Shown here in pieces: positions 18,166-20,000 of a stretch of DNA of 20,000 nt. Numbering within the stretch: position 1 is the stretch's first letter; every line of letters begins with the position of its first letter. The DNA is from Barthelona sp. PAP020 (Eukaryota): contig JARQWU010000023.1 in assembly GCA_040182905.1 (NCBI GenBank), forward strand, positions 55,849-75,848, read 5' to 3'. The notes beneath the pieces were generated by a model. The model was not told the DNA's origin. It did not search any database and saw nothing but the letters and a program-made list of their open reading frames with translations. The position numbers were made by a program, and so were the translations under genes.

Positions 18166-18909
18166 TTATTCTTCTCTTTCGGCAACAACAGTTAAAATTT
18201 CATCAATTTCTGCTTCACTCAATTTTCTAAATTCTTTATTGTCTTGAGTTACAATACCAATCTCCACTTCAGAAGCCAATAAAAGATTTGTTTCAGAGGA
18301 GGATATCTGAGAAAGAACCTTAATGCCACGATAAATTGTTTCTTCTTCAGAAACAGGAATTCCATACTTTGTGTGTTCTTTTTCTAAAAGATTGATCACT
18401 TCATGTCTTTTTGCTCCCAATGCAGCCGCTTTATACGAAATAGACGTTCCAAACAATGAAGAAATATATAATTGAGGTCCAAATTCATCATCACACCCAG
18501 CTATCATAGAATTACATACAAAGGGTCTAATATGAGCATATTGTGTGTGTAATTGAGCCCTCTCAGCTAATTTTGATGAAAGAAGATCAGCACTCATCTT
18601 ATATCCATTCTTATATTCAAAATCAACCATATAGTTCTTCGCTAACATTACAACTGTTCTTGCATCGGCTGAAAACCCAGTTGTAGACATTCCAAGATGC
18701 TTATCAATTCTGTGTAAATTAGTTATAAATGATGGGTCAACTAATTTGTCTGAAACTTTCTTTTGAGTAATCAATACAACACAATTTTCTCCTTTTAATC
18801 CTATTGAAGTTAAACCAGGTTTTTTTGTAGCAGCATAAGCATATTCTAGTTGATACAATCTCCCCTTTTGCGAAAAGATCGTGATTTGTTTGTCAAAGCC
18901 ACTTGACAT
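18166..18909 (-). CDS. PSMA6: 20S proteasome subunit alpha type-6 (alpha-1)
   Basis: MSSGFDKQITIFSQKGRLYQLEYA, GLTSIGLKG, TQKKVSDKL, FEYKNGY, TQYAHIRP and a C-terminal EIDEILTVVAEREE match alpha-1. ATG at 18909. Confidence 0.93.
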   Translation of the reverse strand: MSSGFDKQITIFSQKGRLYQLEYAYAATKKPGLTSIGLKGENCVVLITQKKVSDKLVDPSFITNLHRIDKHLGMSTTGFSADARTVVMLAKNYMVDFEYKNGYKMSADLLSSKLAERAQLHTQYAHIRPFVCNSMIAGCDDEFGPQLYISSLFGTSISYKAAALGAKRHEVINLLEKEHTKYGIPVSEEETIYRGIKVLSQISSSETNLLLASEVEIGIVTQDNKEFRKLSEAEIDEILTVVAEREE

Positions 18910-19197
18910 TGAAAAAAAAAATTCAACTATTGAATTTCTGCATGAAGTAATCATATTTTCCACAATACAGCCTTCAATATAATATAAAATTACTCTTACA
19001 AACATAACTTTATTGCAATTTTTGATGAAAGTAGAAGAATGTCCAACAGAATATCTGACAACTAAAATTTTTCTTTTTTAAAAAGTTGGTCAAGTAGAAA
19101 ATACAATTGTTAACAGTTGATAAATAATTATTACATTATTGATTACAAAAAAAGAAAAGTTCTTTTATTTGGCGGTGGGTCAACACAGTTTTTTTCC

Positions 19198-20000
19198 ATG
19201 TCCCAAGTTATCGTTTTACGTATTTAATGCCATTTTTTAATAATCTAACTTTCAGAAAATACTGCACAGAAAGATACTGGCAAGAAAGCCCAATTATCAA
19301 TTATTAATGCCGGTAGAATTGTTGGAGATATTATCAGAACTACATTAGGTCCTCAATCAATGTTAAAGATGCTCGTTGATCCTATGGCAGGTATTATCAT
19401 TACAAATGACGGCAATTCAATTTTGCGTGAAATTGATGTTTCTCATCCTGCAGCTAAGACCATGATTGAATTAGCTAGAGCTCAAGATGAAGAAGCTGGT
19501 GATGGAACCACATCTGTTATCGTTTTGGCTTCTGAAATGCTTGGAGCCGCTCAACCTTTTGTTGAGAAGAATGTTCATCCTGGTCACATTGTAAAGGGTT
19601 ACTTTGATTGTATGGAAGATGCTTTGGTTTATTTGGAAAAATTGGCGCATCCTATTGATTTTAGAAACAGGGAAGACATGAAAAGAATTATTTTATCAAC
19701 AGTCGGTACAAAATTCATTTCTCGTTGGGCTGAATTTATGACTGATTTAGCTTTGAGTGCTGTTTTAACCGTTTTTGATGAAAAAGATGGTGTTAAGGAC
19801 ATTGACTTGAAGAGATATGCTCGTATTGAAAAGATTCCTGGTGGAGATATTGAAGATTCCAAGGTTTTGGATGGTATTGTCATTCACAAGGATATTACTC
19901 ATTCATCTATGCGTCGTCGTATTGAAAATCCCAGAATTGTGTGTTTAGATTCTTATATAGAATATCGTAAGGGAGAAAGTCAAACCATGATTGAATTGGC
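19198..20000 (+). CDS. CCT3: T-complex protein 1 subunit gamma, 5' part (exons 19198-19219 and 19256 to beyond the window); missed by the ORF track
   Basis: Manual translation: MSQVIVL|QNTAQKDTGKKAQ...IIRTTLGPQSMLKMLVDPMAGIIITNDGNSILREIDVSHPAAK...QDEEAGDGTTSV...RYARIEKIPGG...MRRRIENPRIV...EYRKGESQT. Confidence 0.96.
19220..19255 (+). other. 36-nt phase-1 spliceosomal intron in CCT3
   Basis: GTATTTAATGCCATTTTTTAATAATCTAACTTTCAG has GT...CAG ends, a CTAAC branch point at 19245-19249 and in-frame TAA stops. Removing it joins the conserved VIVL N-terminus to the rest of CCT3. Confidence 0.92.

Noticed and set aside
18155..18168. Blastocystis-type TGTTTGTT motif just after the PSMA6 stop
   Set aside because: It is a single exact occurrence, the gene already has a complete genomic TAA, and it is not seen after the other genes.
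18910..19005. 32-aa N-terminal extension of PSMA6
   Set aside because: Homology begins at MSSGFD, which follows a T-run leader like that upstream of CCT3. A long extension is implausible at the gate-forming N-terminus.
19629..19883. 84-aa minus-strand ORF
   Set aside because: Antisense shadow of CCT3.
1..20000. Alternative genetic code, CRISPR arrays, transposons, tRNA or rRNA genes
   Set aside because: Conserved genes translate without internal stops, and TAA, TAG and TGA all terminate genes. No repeat arrays, transposase motifs or recognisable RNA genes were seen.

Overview
Gene-dense, AT-rich, intron-poor eukaryotic DNA, most likely from a flagellated protist (inferred from CFAP410). It uses the standard genetic code and shows no prokaryotic, CRISPR, rRNA/tRNA or transposon features. 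There are 12 protein genes in order: the 3' end of a membrane protein, MCM2, an orphan type I membrane protein, UTP21/WDR36, a divergent 14-3-3, an Elongin B-like ubiquitin-fold protein, an RNI-like LRR protein, an orphan 675-aa protein, a minimal Sec24, CFAP410/C21orf2, proteasome alpha-1 (PSMA6) and the 5' part of CCT3. Two 35-36 nt GT-AG introns are well supported (CFAP410, CCT3), and a third 35-nt candidate overlaps the MCM2 stop codon. The most notable observations are a 14-3-3 with a natural K49E-equivalent substitution, possible stop-codon-embedded introns giving alternative C-termini, a 115-nt convergent coding overlap, a GC3-rich island inside MCM2, loss of the proteasome alpha Pro17 and an unexplained intergenic segment. 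I found no clear new multi-gene system; the novelty candidates are at the gene-structure and protein level.
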